From Anthoceros angustus (Eukaryota; Plantae; Anthocerotophyta): a DNA stretch of 64,000 bases. The position numbers were made by a program, and so were the translations under genes. Below the pieces are notes generated by a model that worked only from the letters and a program-made list of their open reading frames with translations, had not been told where the DNA came from and did no database searches. The DNA lies in NCBI GenBank assembly GCA_010909165.1, contig VJWM01000205.1, forward strand, positions 1-64,000. The letters are read 5' to 3'. Positions 63,201 to 64,000 of this stretch are shown here, one piece after another. Position 1 is the first letter of the stretch, and every line of letters begins with the position of its first letter.

Positions 63201-63706
63201 AAGCCCACACAGTACGGGAATCGATGCGCAGGTGGTGTAAGAAGGGTGGCCTGGTGTCTTTCGTGTGGGATAAAACCAACATGAGCAATGATAGGGGCGG
63301 ATTTGAAATAGTGGAGTATGTGACTGTCGGATGGGGCTTGAAGGATGGGTGTTCAAAGGATAGAGCTCTGATGATGCCGAATGCCATGCATGGCACTTTC
63401 AACAATGGGAGGTCCGTCATAGGACATGACACTGTGGTAAAGAAGCATGTGTACTTGTCCCATGACAAGTTGGTGGTATGCCCATACCAAAGGCCTCTTG
63501 GGCTGATGATGAAATTAATCAAGACCTTCTCAAAAGAAGGGGACTAGGTGGTGGACGCATGCTCCGGAAGTGGCACAACGGTACTAGCAGCCTTGCTATG
63601 TGGAAAAAACTGCATCGCCATCGAAGCAGACTTACGGTGTGCTGGATACATCCCCCAGCGCATCCACGGATACGAGGTTCTCCCGGATGCTGAACACATG
63701 TCATAA
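57236..63706 (+). CDS. ParB/Srx-like domain + beta-class N6-adenine/N4-cytosine DNA methyltransferase fusion gene; spliced, duplicated/frameshifted here, one in-frame TAG at 63545
   Basis: ParB-like block VKLENLK..IRRVDEAWANYLACVISKGRIEEGVLPLLCMIDP..YVMGVLGGNHTFAAMKHL (61574-61951, also 59940-60330). MTase motif IV-like TLLVMDVP(x)G at 63052-63080, then PYQRPLGLMMKLIKTFSKEGD*VVDACSGSGTTVLAALLCGKNCIAIEAD (63482-63630). Canonical intron GTAAGC..TTTCGCAG at 58055-58158. The start position is uncertain. Confidence 0.8.
57488..57536 (+). repeat. (GAG)n trinucleotide run
   Basis: Read directly; encodes poly-Glu in the plus frame. Confidence 0.9.
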
Positions 63707-64000
63707 TGAAGTTGATGTCTGGAATCCTAATACATTGGAACCGGTTACTCATGCGGCTATTCAGGTCTTGGGGCAATAAGCGGAATCTAAAACTACAAGC
63801 GAATAAGGTGGACAATCGGACCCACATCTTATGCATTGCCAAAAGCTATTCTCACCCAAAGCGTTGTCATCGTTGTTCACCTCCGCTTGGACCTGGCGGC
63901 GTGGGAGGTTGCCATATGATATCGGCTTGTAGTCCTTCCTAACAGCGGGTCTTCATCCTCCTGGCACTCAAAGAAACAACTTGGGCCTTTGAACAAACCT

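Noticed and set aside
57236-63706. Bacterial/phage contamination as the source of the ParB-MTase
   Set aside because: It has a canonical spliceosomal intron (58055-58158) and other intron-like segments, there is no operon context, and it is contiguous with a eukaryotic transposase and plant genes.
50590-64000. Terminal inverted repeats/TSD of the transposon
   Set aside because: No inverted match to the ~50600 region found within the window; the right end is probably outside it.

Overview
Eukaryotic land-plant DNA with short GT-AG introns and a WIYLD-type SUVR gene. A bryophyte/hornwort- or lycophyte-like source is an inference. Three zones. (1) 1-16.3 kb: decayed retroelement graveyard with at least four copies of one TE-associated ORF family (TKVDH..IIF..P(Y/F).IHV), nested and inverted, plus an AT-rich gene-fragment island. 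(2) 16.5-49 kb: gene-dense block with dynamin DRP2 (22 exons), an orphan basic repeat-motif protein, METTL16/FIO1, a CML calmodulin-like gene, WDR12/YTM1, a histidine-phosphatase (PGM-like) gene, a tesmin/TSO1-like CXC gene and a SUVR SET gene. (3) 49.5-64 kb: CRE-like LINE scraps, then a DUF7869/Sola-like DDE transposase on the minus strand, divergent from an intron-containing gene encoding a ParB/Srx-like domain fused to a bacterial-type beta-class N6/N4 DNA methyltransferase. This apparent transposon carrying its own amino-DNA methyltransferase is the best candidate for a novel system. Caveat: the window contains many same-strand duplications and mosaics joined at 5-11 bp microhomologies (DRP2, METTL16, the transposon). 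These look more like assembly/consensus artefacts than biology, so copy numbers and frameshifts are unreliable.
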